64,000 nt of DNA, from the NCBI RefSeq assembly GCF_018977255.1, contig NW_024704742.1, positions 100,814,001-100,878,000 on the forward strand, given 5' to 3'. Below, piece after piece: positions 27,172-40,880 of this stretch. The stretch is from Callorhinchus milii. Taxonomy: Eukaryota. The notes below the pieces were generated by a model, which saw only the letters and a program-made list of their open reading frames with translations, was not told where the DNA came from and did not search any database. Position 1 is the first letter of the stretch, and each line of letters opens with the position of its first letter. The translations under genes were made by a program, and so were the position numbers.

Positions 27172-27880
27172 ATAATTATAATCCTTAAATTGGATATTGC
27201 ACCTTTTACATCAGAAAGTCTCAAAGGATTTACTGTAAAGTGCAGTGACTGTGTATTTTGTGGGTGAAACGCGCAACCAGTCCTGTGGATTCCTGTAGCT
27301 CTGGAGTTAGAGCACTCGCCTTGCAAGCGAGAGACCTGGGTTCAATTCCTAGCAGGGTGAAACCTTGGGCAAGTTTCCTTACTCCACACGCCTGACAATA
27401 ATCCCTCAAGAAAAAAATAAAATAATAATTTGGTCACTCAATCCACGACTGTTTTTGGGATACTGCTGTGTGCAATTTGGCTGCCGTGTTTCTCCCACAA
27501 ATATGCAGTCAATTCACTTTACAGTATATTCTGTGAAGCGCTTTGAGATGTCTCATCGACATGATAAGGCACTATACCAAATGCAAGAATTATTATTATT
27601 TATTATATAATCAATTTGCACACATCAATGTTCCACAAACAGCCATGTTGTGAATGACCAATTTTTATTTGGGGGATTGTTGGCAAACGTCCTTCTCTTT
27701 TTTGGTTAACGCCATGTGATCTTAGTTGTCCACCTGAGCAGGGGGATGGGATCTTGGTTTAATGTCACATCTGAAGGAAGGCACCCAATGACAAAGCAGC
27801 ACTTCATTGGAGTACCAGTCAAGACTGTGAGCTCAAAGTCCCAACGTGGAGCTTAAACTCACAACTCTTCTAAGCCAGGC
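27172..27880 (-). mobile_element. Old DeuSINE split by a younger SINE
   Basis: Tail and body at 27172-27283 continue collinearly at 27609-27880 through core and head. Confidence 0.7.
27284..27608 (+). mobile_element. Full-length short-variant tRNA(Ala)-like SINE with older tail
   Basis: TGTGGATTCCTGTAGCTC...GGTTCAATTCC head; tail GAGATGTCTCATCGACATGATAAGGCACTAT...(ATT)n. Confidence 0.93.
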
Positions 27881-28889
27881 TGATTCACTTTTAATAACAA
27901 TGATACAATACAATTGTATTCAATACAGTTAATTTAAAAATAATATGTTTAATTAATGCTAAATCCCAGAAATATACTTCATCAGGCATCATTATGATAT
28001 TTGTGTTTCCTTTTCCAGGCAGCCTGTTCAGCACTAACGGTCTGATTGAAGTCAATACTTCCAAGATTGATTGATTTTGAATTCTGTTAACAAGATTTAA
28101 TTCTAAATTAACAATACTTTTTTTTACTTTTTTATGAAAGCTAAATGTTCCTGATTAAACTTATCCTGCCAACATATACAAGGAAATTCTAAATAATAAT
28201 AATAATCCTTAGATTTGAAATTGTGTCTTTCACACCAGGAGGACATCTCAATGCACTTCACAGGGTTTACTGTCTCTCTGGTTGTCTGGTTTAGTCAATT
28301 TTCAGATACTGTAACATTGGAATACTTTTAATCACTGTGGCCTTGTTCTCTAGAACTCCTCAAAATTTATGCTAAGTATTAGGAATGTACTGTAATCTGA
28401 GGGCAGAGGTGATCCTGTCCTTTGTAAACAGTGCACATTGGAAGATTATTTTGGCATTCATGGAGGGACATGTAAACATCAGTGTTGCACAAAATGGTAA
28501 AATAATGTCATTGATAATTGTTGCAAATATATATGACATGTACTGCACATGCACTAGTTTATATTGTACCAGAATTTTGTCCCCAGCGCCTTGGGACGTC
28601 CTCCCATTGTGAAAGGCACTTTAAAAATGTAAGTTGTTGTGCAACTGACCATATCAATAAAATAATAACAACCCTTGCATTTGAAATATTCACTTTTTTG
28701 AAGGTCTCTAAGTGCTTCAAACAAGATTTAATATGAGGTGAGGCAAATATATACTGTATTTGTAGTCAAACATATTAATAACAAGCAGTGCAGTCTCTAT
28801 CTCATGGTTCACTGTAATAATCAGTGGTGGCCATATTCTTCATGTCTTGAGATATATTTGTTTAGTTTTTACATTGTTTTGCCTAGTGT

Positions 28890-29480
28890 GTTAGCCTAGC
28901 TTAGTTGGAGCACTCTTGCCTCTGAGTCAGAAACATTGTGGGTTCAAACCCCTCATTGGGACTTGGAACTTTTATTGTGTAGGCTGTCACTACAATGCAA
29001 TAGCTGTGGATGTTCTGCAACAACAACACACAACAACAAGATTACATTTGTATAGCCCTTTTCAAGTCGGGAGGACGTCCCAAGGCGCTGGACAGTGTAC
29101 AGCATTTCAGAGGTGCCATCCTTCAAGAGATGTTAAACTGAGGTCCCGTCTGTCTGATCAGATGGATGACAAAGATGCCATGATAAACAACAACAGCAAC
29201 TTTCATTTATTTAGTGCCCTTTAAGCTGAACGGCGTCTCAATATTATTCTATTATGACATGTTAACATGGCCTTGTTTGCCTATTGTACCATGATACTAT
29301 TCAACAAGAGAAGGAAGTTTCTCCCGGTTTCCTGGCCAACAATCCCCCAAATAAAGTTTGTCATTCACTTCTTGTTTGTGTACAAGCTGGCTGCTACATT
29401 CACCTACAAACTACACAGGCACTACACTTTACAGTACATCTTGGGAGGTACTTTGGGTCATCCCCCTGATATGAAAGCAG
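28890..29480 (+). mobile_element. Old DeuSINE with minus-strand L2 tail fragments inserted (~29018-29105, ~29186-29240)
   Basis: Head TAGCTTAGTTGGAGCACTCTTGCCTCTGAGTCAGA...GGTTCAAACCC; core GAGGTGCCATCCTTCAAGAGATGTTAAACTGAGG; inserted (ACA)n-TTACATTTGTATAGCCCTTT...GGACGTCCCAAGGCGCTG. Confidence 0.75.
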
Positions 29481-30019
29481 CTACATTATTTCCTCTAATC
29501 ATATACAGACTGTCTGTCAGAGATTGAACAAGTATGGATTCAGATCAGAATCAGAGCTAATCTGAAACAGATTCATTCAGCAGTGCTCTCCAAAACAAAG
29601 AGTACTGCCAGGTTCAAGCTCAGCAAAAGTGGCCAGAAGAAAAGCAGCATAAGCAGAAAGTAGAAACTTTCCATGAAGTTAGCTCACTTGGGGCCATTTT
29701 GTAACAGTAGTATAGCAGCTGCTTTAAATTCTTCCATCTTAATATAAACTGAGGAGAAAAGCTTCCAGCTGTTCAGTTCAGAGCTTGAGCACTCAGGTAC
29801 TGGCCTACTTTTAATTTCAACTCTCCAGACATACTTTCCGGGATTGTGTGGAATAACACAGGCCATAACAGAGTTGGATATTTGGGCATGATTTTCTCGA
29901 CTGTGATTTGCTTGCCTGCAAATTTAATGTTGTTGTTGTTGCCTGTAATACTCCTTGTACAGAGAACCTTGTACAATGCATCAGCCTGATGATTGGTAGA
30001 ATTTTTACTTTTGGGGGTC

Positions 30020-30362
30020 AAACGACTGGGTTTAAGCCCCTCACTGCGACTTGAACTTCTAGTCTATGCTGACACTCTTGGGAGCACTGTACTGTTGGGA
30101 GTAGTGTTCTTCAAATGACATGTTAACATGGTCTCATCTGCCTGTTCAGGTGGATGTTAAGATTTTATTTTTACAAATATCCTGGTCAATATTTTTCCAG
30201 ATAAATTGTTCATTCCCTTCATGGGACATTGCTGTGCACAAATTAGCTGGCATTGTTCCTTACAAATATAATCATTACTTTTGACAACAAAATGTCTGTG
30301 AAGCTCTTTTTTGACATTTTGACATTATTGGCACAATATCAAATATAAGGATTATTATTATT
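30020..30362 (+). mobile_element. Old DeuSINE
   Basis: GCTGACACTC...TCTGCCTGTTCAGGTGGATGTTAA...GGGACATTGCTGTGCACAAATTAGCTG...AAGG(ATT)n. Confidence 0.72.
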
Positions 30363-33300
30363 GATTAAAATGCCTCAGTTCACCTTTAATGTTGCAATTA
30401 TGTGGTTGACTTTTACTGAGTTCACATATTTTCTGAGTGTTGATCTCTGGGGGTTCTCTGCTACCCTTTCCAGATATCACACTTACATTTTCCTTTCCGT
30501 GCATTAGGTGTTAATGTTAATATGTTTTGTATTGGTGGTTCAAGCTGTCTAACTGCATTTAAAGTTAGCAAATTAAACTCAAGCAATGTTACCTTCTTGT
30601 TTGCATTGTGTAAATGTTCTCACACGAAGAGTTATTTGCTATCCTCGTCATTCCATGTGGAGATAATGAACCACAACACCAACAACTTGCATTTATATAG
30701 CACCCTTCACGTGAGGTAGTATCTTGGAGTGCTGAACGATGGCGTAATTTGAAGATTAGCCGAGGAAAAAGGGGAGGTAGGCACCGTTGAAGAGGAAAGT
30801 CTTCAGGGGCGATCTGAAGATAGGCAAAGAGAGGGCAAGGCGGAAGGAGTGAAACAGGGAGTTCTAGAGGGGTAGGATTAAATCATTGAATATAATCCAA
30901 ATAATCAAATTATTTTATCAACAGAAGACAGTGAATTTCGCTGGGTACATATTTTGAGTAATGCTGTGTATTCTAAATTGATACTTGATAATAACAAATA
31001 TGCAAGAGAACACAATGATCACAATGCTGCTTTAAAAAATCAGCTGCAAGGATACTTTGCACTATATGAATAAGATCTAAATATTTAATAAGGTACCATA
31101 ACCTTAATAAGTGTTTTTTTAAAGGACTTTTAGCAATGGTAGTGCCGCAATGTAGGTAAAACCCATGTGCATATATGGCTAAGGTTGGGACATTAATATG
31201 AAGGTTTCTTTACCTGAACATCAAATTTATACAGAGAACTAATGAAAGGAACCTTCTGAACTAGTATTTCTTTTGTGTGTGGCTCTGACTAGTAAAATCC
31301 ATCATCTGATTGGTGGAAAATTAGCATGCTTTAGATGTAAGTTATATTTTGCAAGTTGTTGATGTACTCTTAACCCTTCTTTTGTCTTCCGTTAGATGCA
31401 AAAAATGAATTATTCATGCAAATTGATTGGGATGTTTAAACAGAAGATGCATAGCGACTTAGGAAGTAAAGTTATCAAAAGGTTTGGAGAAAATAATTCC
31501 ACAAGATCTGTCATGACCTCACAAGCTCGATGAGCGGTATGACTGACTCCTGAACGCTAGTATGATTTATTATTTCAGATGTAAATGTGTCTCGTGGTAG
31601 TTCCACATCACAGTATATGAATGAATTGAACTAAAAATATTCAGGCCACAGAGTTATCCATGCGCAACACATGGCGGTTGATTTAGAGCGATTCTTAGAT
31701 AAAGGTCACAATAGTATTGATGTAACTCTACACCTGTTTTTGCTAAACCTGCCAGTCGTGAAACTGCTGCTCTTCTGCTTCATTCACACCATGGTCATTT
31801 GGCCAGACAAGGCATGCTTATGGCTTCCGTGGGCAAGAAATGTAGTTTAATGTCAATTTGGATGCAGAATTTTGCTATGGGTTTGTGCCTACTAGGAACT
31901 GGGGAGTGGGATTGTTTAACTTGCTTCAGTATCGTAGCCATCAGAGAGAGCGAAAGAGAAAAAGAGAGAGTTCTATTCCATTGGCCTGGGATAAATTCAA
32001 ACCAACTACCTGAAACAAAATACTATGTGATTAAGTCATTGCGTGAATCCATAAACAATAGTAAAACTAATAGCAAAAATGACATTGAAAAATTACTTCA
32101 AGTGTTCTACTATTAATGTTTTTCATAATAGAAAGTTTCTAACCCATTTTTGCATTGCGTTCAGTGACGAAAGAGACATGAACTTTATGTTCTTGCAATT
32201 TTTTTTCACGATCTTCTGACCTTGTGTTAACATTAGTGAAATATCCACCCTCAGTGAAGCACCTCATAAAAAAATAATTGTGTGGCAGCCTCTTCTGGAA
32301 ACACAACTATAATTTTCCTATTACATATAAAATAAGCCATTAGTTTTTGGTCATTACTTTACATCTCATTAGGAGCAGGCACTCCCACATTATCCTGGCT
32401 GCGGCCACGATTACAATTTCAGGTGTAAAAAAAAAAGTCCCAGATGATTCATTTTCCACCGTAGAGAAAAGTACATCTGGGATTTTGCGGTCAGACTGAA
32501 CATCATCCATCATCTTTCCTGAGCGAATGACATCGGGAGCTTCTAAATATCTCCTTCCACATGTTATCGTTTCACAGACTCTCACAGTATTTAATACCAA
32601 TGTTTTGTATCTCTTTATATTAATTAAAAGTCATTTTTCATGTGTTATTTCCAGATGTCTTTTACATAACGTCTGTGCTACACATCTGCACACATGTTTG
32701 GATATTAGAAAAACAGGTGGCAGTGTGGCTGGTAATAAATATTAGGTGCAGTGAACTTTGGGGGTACCATTAAGATGAAGGAAAGGCAAGGAATTAATGC
32801 CTTAATTGATAATTAATGTCCTTGCTTTTCTTGAAACACTCAGTGGCTTAAAAATAACACAATCCAGACAGCATATAGCACTTCTCCTGGTTACAATAAC
32901 CTTCAAAAAATCACATCCATTGAAAAATTTACACTCAACGCATTTTAGTAGTGTTGATAAATTGCATCTTTTATATCTGTACGTGTTGAAATTTCTTTTT
33001 TTAACATAAATTCCCTTTCAGTGGGATTTGGTAGTCTGTCCCACTTGACTCACAAGAAGCTTGAAAAAAATATTGTCTTGTGAAGATACTTTTTGAATTT
33101 GATTGTAGATGTTCCTAATTTTTACGTGGCTTTGTTGGTTGGATTTGACTAAGTTTTTCTTTAAGAAAACGAGTAAGACTTAAGCAAACTTTTGTACAAT
33201 CTAAACTTTGGGTTACGTTTGAAAACTGGTGGAGTAGCATCAGACAATTAAGAGATTTGGGATGTTTGAAGCATTTTCACCCGCTGGGTATAAACAAAGA

Positions 33301-33687
33301 CATCTGGAATCAATTAAGAAGAAAATAAATACAATTAATAGAACTCAGCAAGTCATGTACATTTCATTTTGCCACATTTGAAATATAGCCTTGATCATTT
33401 GGCCTTGATATCTAAAATGTAGTTGTTAATTTCAACATACTAAACACCATAGCATGTCATTAGTATATTTGGGTAATACTGTGTGAAGTAAACATGCTAA
33501 TGACATGCTATGGTGACGCAATTGGTAGCACACTCACTTTTGAATCAGAGGTTTGTGGTTCTAGCTCCATGTCAGGATTGGAACTCATATAGGCTAGGCC
33601 AGGGTGGCTGCAGCGAACTGAAATCCCTATTTCATAATGGTCCGCGAGCCACATAACCAATACTTTTGTGTTTCCCGTCCAGAAATA

Positions 33688-34010
33688 TAACAACATTTAC
33701 ACAGCGCTCTTTTCACATTGAAAGGACGTCTCAAAGTGCTTGACTCTGTCGGCTGGGCACCTAAGCTGGGGGTGAGAGCTAAGGAAGGTGGGATTGGGAA
33801 GGGAAAACATGACCGCAAATGTGGTCAATGAGTTAGGTCTTGATGTGCCTTGAAAGAGGGGAGGGAGGGAGTCGAAAGGGACTCCAGTAATGGAGTTCCA
33901 GAGAAGAGGGGGCAAAATGGTGATGGTGGCACAGATGGGGTGGGGGAACTGAAGCAAGCTGGTGTTTGCTGGACAAAGAGAACTGCCCAGTCGAGAAGTC
34001 ACAGAGGTGG
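33688..34010 (-). mobile_element. L2 3' end, decayed
   Basis: L2 tail (GAGACGTCCTTTCAATGTGAAAAGAGCGCTG) and LWNSI motif on the minus strand. Confidence 0.7.
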
Positions 34011-36994
34011 GGGTGGGGGTGGGAGGGCGAGGGGATGAAGGACATAGAGAAGTTTCTCACTGGGGAAAGAGGGTGCTTTCTGTGAGGAAACTGCATGGCA
34101 CCTCACTCGGTATCTGTCCTTGGTTCCTCCTGCGGAGGGAGACTCTGATCATCTGTCCTGACAGTGAATCTCGAAACGATACCCTCAATTCTCCTCTTCT
34201 GAGACTGAGTCTTGTGGGAAGGTGTCTAGAAGAGGGAAAAGTATTAATAAAGCAATCATTCATGAAATATTCTCATTACGCCCTCTGGATAGATTGACAT
34301 TGCGCTTTCAAATTTGGGGATGAAAAATGCATTGTTTCATAACAGATTTGATTTGGTGAAACATTTACAAATTTTCACCCCTAGGTCTCTAGCTGGCTTT
34401 GCTTTCATAAGTAATGCAATGCCAAGAAAAACAGATTCAATCAACTATTCCATTACAGAAGAGTATGAAATAGCAATGCAGAATTCTAAAAAGACCATAG
34501 AATTGTGCAGATACAAAAGGATGAGAAAGTTCAGGCTGCAGACTTATCCTGCTTCATTCAGAGCACACAAGTTCAAAAACAGACCTGCGAATCATGAAAT
34601 GCCAAGGTAGCATTCATCAGTTTCCTTTTATCAATTTGAACTTGTTTTCTTTCTCATTTTGTGCCATCCTTAGTGTGGGAATTCTTTGAGGTTAAGTGTT
34701 TGAGGTTACTCTGGAAACAGTGGGCAGCTGAATTAGGAAAATGTGAAAGGTGAAAAGCTTGCAATTTTGATGAAATTGACTGCTATAGAACTGAGGTTGC
34801 AGTTATGAAATTATAACATACAAAAGACTGCACATGTCTAACTGTGCTCCACAAAGAAATGATCACAATTAGTCTACTGGTATGAATAAGCAACAGTGGA
34901 ATTCTGAAAATAAATGGCTGTTTAGAAACAAAGTAAGCTAGCTTTGGTGGGGAGACTGAATGTTGTGGACTCAAAATGAACCGCATTGGACTTCCAAACA
35001 ACAGCTGGTTTACTTATGACTGCAGCCCACAGCAGTCTAACCAGGGACACGCTTTCCTTCCTGTCTCGTCTACTTTGGAAGCTATGAAAATATTATAAAT
35101 GGAGCAACTAAATTATAGTTAACAAGGGATATAAAGGTTTATAGCATGGAGTCTTGTTTACCTTTAACATCTAAAATATATGCACATATATCTAAAAAGG
35201 AGTGATGGCATTGTAAAATTCACTCCATAAGTTTCCCCTGAATGTGCGTTTAATTGCTTTGGGAGCCTGAGGATGTGACTGAGAACACAAGTGATCATAG
35301 AATCATAAACAATATTTACAGCATAGGATTCCTTTCAGACCATTGTTTTTGCATTCCCCACTGAGAGTTATGTGCTCTTTCCCATATCTTTTAATCTTAG
35401 TTTTCTAAGATTAGTTATCCAATTCTGTTATGAATTCAGCTTCAACAGTTATTTCTGATAAGGCATCCAACACCGTTCTAACAACCTTTTGTATTAACCA
35501 TATCTTCTTGTCTCCCTTTTATTTTCGAGTGAAAAACATCAGTGTATATCCTCTTGTTACTGATCAATGCAGAGTCTCTCTTTATTTGTCCTATCAAAAT
35601 ATCATAATTTTGAACACTTGTACCAACCTATCCTGAAACTCTGGAACACTCTCCCTCTATCTCTTCGCTTTGCTCCCTTCTTCTCCATCTTCAGGTCGCG
35701 CCTCTTCAACCGTGCCCAAGTTCACCTCCCCACTTCGTCTGCCTTGGAGTCGTGGTTTGTCACTGTCAAGCACTCTGGGATGCTACCATGCATGAAGGGT
35801 GCTATATAAATGCAAGTTCTTCTTGTTGTTATTGTTGCTTTCCATCAGATGAAATGGTACCAACTTTTCAAGTGATTGCACAAAATTATAATCTTTCATC
35901 CCATCACTATCTTAGTGAAATGTTGGATGTTGTGTTTAGTTTTGGGGACAATGTAAAATGAACTTTATAGGCTGGATATTTCCACAGATTGTGCAGATAT
36001 TACAAGATTGTCATGTCAAACTGTTGCAAGCTCTACAATGTAACTGCAGTTATATGACAATGCAACAAGCAGTGAAATAATATGCAACATTTTTTTCATA
36101 CAACAGAGATGCCTGGTATCAAACCTCCGAGACAACAAATCTGGTACAGTCAGTTAAGTAGTTTCACAGTCATCCAAGGCACTGTTAATGGTTGACCTGT
36201 CTGTCTCAGACTTAGACGAACAGGCATATCCTCAAGAACAATTCTAGCCGAACAATTAACATGAACAAGCTTTCCAAGCTTTTGTTACAAAAGCATCGTC
36301 ACTCAATTTGATAAGCACAATAATTCACCGAAATGAGTCAGTAAAATTTAGTTTGTCCGTGGATCCAGGTTTCAACACAGTTCACATTATGTATTATTGT
36401 AGAAAAAAAGAGTAAAAGTTTCATCTCATAAGTCTCTAGGTCGTAAAAACCTGTGCCAAGGTATGACTTATGGACCAAATTTTATGATCTGTTAAGTAGA
36501 TAATTGGGTTATGTGGGAGTGATTAAAAGGCAGCAAATTCATTAAGGGTTAGATAATATAACATTTGAGAGGGGAGCTTGAACAATCTATAACTGTCACC
36601 CAAACCAAAGATTATGTTACAGCCTTGAAATGACTCTGGGATATGTATAATTGTTTTTTAATGTGCACGGTTAATTCTATGAGGTGGGCTTATTGGGTCT
36701 AGGAAGCACTTTTGTGCTCATCATGCCCAACAGTCAGCGTGGATAATAGTTGGAGGCCTATGCTCTGGTATTCTAATGTGCAATGATTCACACTGAAGGA
36801 GTGATGAATGAATGGTGTAATTACTGGCAGTTTATGGAGAAATTGTTTGCAGTTGTTTCCTGAAACTCTCTATGACAATTGCACAAGATGCTTTCAGCAG
36901 TTTCTCTCTATCATTGCAATCACTCAAGCTTGTCTGCTCCACAGGGGAACCATGCAAAGAAAATATTTACTGCATCAGGCAGAAACAGCGCCTG

Positions 36995-37193
36995 CAGTAC
37001 CGGCAGAGTTGTCCCACAAACTGTTGTGGATTCAGTGACCAATTTTTTTACAAAAGAGTTATATGCAGTTGGCTGCCGCATTTCACCCACAAAATATACA
37101 GTCAATTCGCTTTGCAGTATATTTTGTGAAGCGCTTTGAGACGTCTCGAAGATGTGATAAGGCTCTATATCAATTGCAAGGATTATTATTATT
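36995..37193 (+). mobile_element. SINE fragments (short inverted piece plus 3' half)
   Basis: GTCCCACAAACTGTTGTGGATTCAGTGACC (minus) abutting GTTGGCTGCCGCATTTCACCCACAAAATATACAG...(ATT)n (plus). Confidence 0.75.
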
Positions 37194-40100
37194 CAATGAA
37201 TTCTATTGGGAGGGTGCTGGATGTATATGTCAAGATTGTTGCTTCATGTCATCCAAAGAATTATAGAAAGAAACAAATGGACAGCAGAGAAGAAGTCTAT
37301 TTGGTCCATCATGCCTTAACTTGACAATATGATGGGGTGCTATATCAAAAGCAAAAAATATTATTATTATTGCTAGATATCTTAATATACTCACTGACTC
37401 ACCAGCCACTGTTGAAGTGCTGGGATATGATCCCTTGTTAACAAAAAGTCCATTTTATGGTTAAATAGCTGTAAGGCTGGGGGTTTGCTTTCTGAATTAC
37501 TGTGCTATATGCAATACGTATTTTTGCTTTCTAAAGGAACAAGTTAAAATTACCTCAGGATTTTCCAATGGCTAAAATTTATATTGGTCAGCAGGGGTCT
37601 GACACATGTAGAAACCCATCATGTTATTAAAAAGACTCCAAACAAAACTAATGGTAGAGTGGAAAAATATCCTTTTATCAAGGCCTCTCTATGTTTATCA
37701 ACTAAATTAACAGGATTTACTTATCACAGGAGGATGGAGATAGATTTCTACATGATTTATTCGTAGGGGCTAAACATTTCTGCCTATGCTGTCAGTATCG
37801 ATGCGCAACTGATGAAGATATAATTTTTAAGTTTAATGTGGCAAAAATATCTTCCCGTTGTAAGATGAAATGGCAATTCATATCATTTACTGAGAACCTG
37901 ATGAATAATTTATCATAAGATGGCACTGGCTGGAAGGCCAATTGTGAATGAAATAGTGAATCTTTTGTCAGCTCCAATGGAACAAGCCTTGAGGAACAAT
38001 TGTAGACAAGTAATCATTAGACGCATGCAAATTTAATTATACTAAAAAGAAAACATGAGGAGCTCAGTTTGTTTACATCTGTCATTGGGTAATCTCATTT
38101 GACACAATTGCATTACAAACAAGTAAAACCTCACTTTGTGGCACTTCAGTAAACAGGGTAACTCGGTGTTCAGACCACTGGCTCACAGTCTGACACATTT
38201 TCCATTTGGAACTGATGGTGACTAAAATCCCCAATTCACTTACGACATGAATGAACTTCAAAAATATGGGGAAAATACACCAGTCTTTTGACTGTTCTTA
38301 ATACAGAGTTGTGAGTTTCCACGGTAATAGCCGTAAGTTTTCAATACAAAATAATGCAATTTACATTTACGTAGTACCATTCACGTTAGAAGGATGTCTA
38401 AACATGAAAGGTGTTACATAATTATAAGTTAAATTATATATGTTAAGATGGGCATCTGTGTTGGGGGTGGGAGCTGAAGGATGTGGGAGTGGAAGGATGA
38501 ATGAAGGCGCTGTCAAAGAGGAACTCTTTGAGACAGACCTTGAATAAAGGGAGAAAGGGAATGAGGGAAAAGATGGAATAACTTTCGCCTACAAAATGCA
38601 ATCAGTCAGCTTTAGAATGTACCTTATAAAATGCTTTGAGATGTCCTCCTGACGTGAAATGTGCTTTAAAATAGTTTGGTTCATCAAGCCCATTCCTTTT
38701 ACAGACCTATCATTGGTCCCAACTCGATCTCCCTTTGCTGAGTTAGTAATAATTTCTGGCAAACTGCTAATAGTAATAATCCTTGCATTTATTATAGCGC
38801 CTTACCACATTGTCAAAGAACTTCACAGAATATACTGTAAACTGAAATGACTATGTATCTTGTGGGCAAAATGTAGCAGCCAATTGAGCACAGCAGTGTC
38901 CCACAAACAGTCGTGGATTGAGTGACCAAATTTGTTTTAAGGGATTATTACCCCCAACAAACATCTGCTAAATTGTGCAAACTGCTAAGTTGTTTCAAAG
39001 CAGCGTTCCCATGATGTATCTCCAGTTATCAGGAGGAGTCCTTATTTGCGTGACTTCAATTCCTTATTAGGAATTTCATTAAGAAATATCACAAATTAGA
39101 CTTCATCAGAGTCTATCATTCTGTAGCCTCTCATCCGCCTTTATCCATCTTCTACATTCTACAGGATTTCTGTGAGGCCAATCAATCATGCTTCTAATTC
39201 CAGCACTTTATTCCTTGCATTAGCATAAAAAAAACTTAAGCTTATCTCTCATACACAAGAGTGATGCCTGATAAAAAATAAATTGTGATAAAACCAATTT
39301 TGTGCGATAACTATATTGCTTTTGGCAATTGATACATTTTGTTTGGAACATGTTACACTGACAGTTCTCTTAATTAAATGTGTCCATGCTTTCTTGTGCC
39401 TGAAGGTTAATATAAATTCAGACTTTTGTTGGACGATCTCTGTTGTGTCTTGTGCACCTCAGTTTATCCTATTACTCATCCTATTACCCTTCATTGTTAT
39501 TCCAATATTCCTCTTTAACTTCCTTGTTTGAGACCAAATTAAACTGTCATTAAACTATTTTTGTAAAAAAGAGCTATAAATTTAGCTTATTTCATTAAAA
39601 TTTTCTATGAGCAAGTCATGCAAAGAATTACCTGCTTAAAGAATTTACTGCTGTAAAATTACTGGAGCTCAGAGGAATCCTGCTTAGTTTATCATTTTAA
39701 GATACAGGAAAGACAGAGACCAGTCATTTCTAGCAGGTAAACAAGTCATAAGAGTACAAAAGCAAGGGCATTAGAAAGCAAAAGATTAGCAAGGTTAGAA
39801 AAATCACACGGGTACAATCATTAGCAAAATTTCACTTAAAGGAACAGCAGTATAGATGTTCAGTAATTTTCCATTCTAGGTAAAATATGTAGTAAATCAA
39901 CATCATGATCAACTGAACAATGTTTCATTAACAGTGTTAAAATGATTGCAAATATATATTTCATGGTGGCAAAGCTTAGCAATAATGTATATGCATCATT
40001 CCAATCAGGGCACCCTGTTCTTGTGGCTTTGACTACAAGAGTGATAATGTTTCTCAATACTCATATCATATTTGTCCTTCTTCACCTAAGACTGTGCTCA

Positions 40101-40517
40101 CAGGACCCTGAATCCCACTCTAATCACAATCATAATTCAGCAAAACAGCTGAAGCACAATTAAATTAGATTTAATTCTTAAGATACCAATCTAAGCTAAA
40201 AATTTTACGTGAACACTATACAATGCACACTCTGGAGTCCCCAAGCCTTGACTCTTGCCAACCTGTGCCTAAAACTTTTCGGAATTAGGTAGGCAGGATG
40301 CGTCCATCCAGGGAGAGAGTGCACATTTCATTCCAGTAAATATCTCTGGAATTTCCATTATAGGTGGGATGCATGGAATTCTCAGTTTGGTGTGGATACT
40401 CTTAAGCTTGGTAATGGGTTTCAGCATGTGTCAGACACCCGGCTGACTAAAAAAAATAGGCTGTCATTACAGTCCACTCCTAGAGGGGAATACTACATTG
40501 AGCTGCTATCCCTTTTC

Positions 40518-40880
40518 AAACAATAACAAAGACAACAATTTAGATTTATATAACACCTTTCACCTTGGGAGGATGCCTAAAAGTGCTTTGCACAGCTATC
40601 TGGGAGCCTAAGCTTGAGGGAGTGGGGAGCTGAGGAGTTGAAAAGATAGATCTTAAGGGAGGCTTTAAAGGCGAGGAGGGAGGGAGGAAGCAGACATGCA
40701 ATTGTTCCAGGATGGAATTCCAGAGAGCAGGGTGGAATGGCTACTGGGTGGATTGGGCAAGGGACATAAAGCAATTTGGAGTTTACTGATTAGAGGGAGA
40801 AGCTGGGCTTATGGAGGTGACAAAGATAGGGTGGGGTGAGCCATGGAGGTGAACATAAGGATGAGAATCTTGAAATTCAA
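40518..40880 (-). mobile_element. L2 3' end, decayed
   Basis: FKASLKIYLFN on the minus strand plus L2 tail. Confidence 0.7.

Noticed and set aside
29684..30021. Short ORFs on both strands with hydrophobic runs and possible splice sites
   Set aside because: No recognisable homology, weak polypyrimidine tract, and lengths expected by chance
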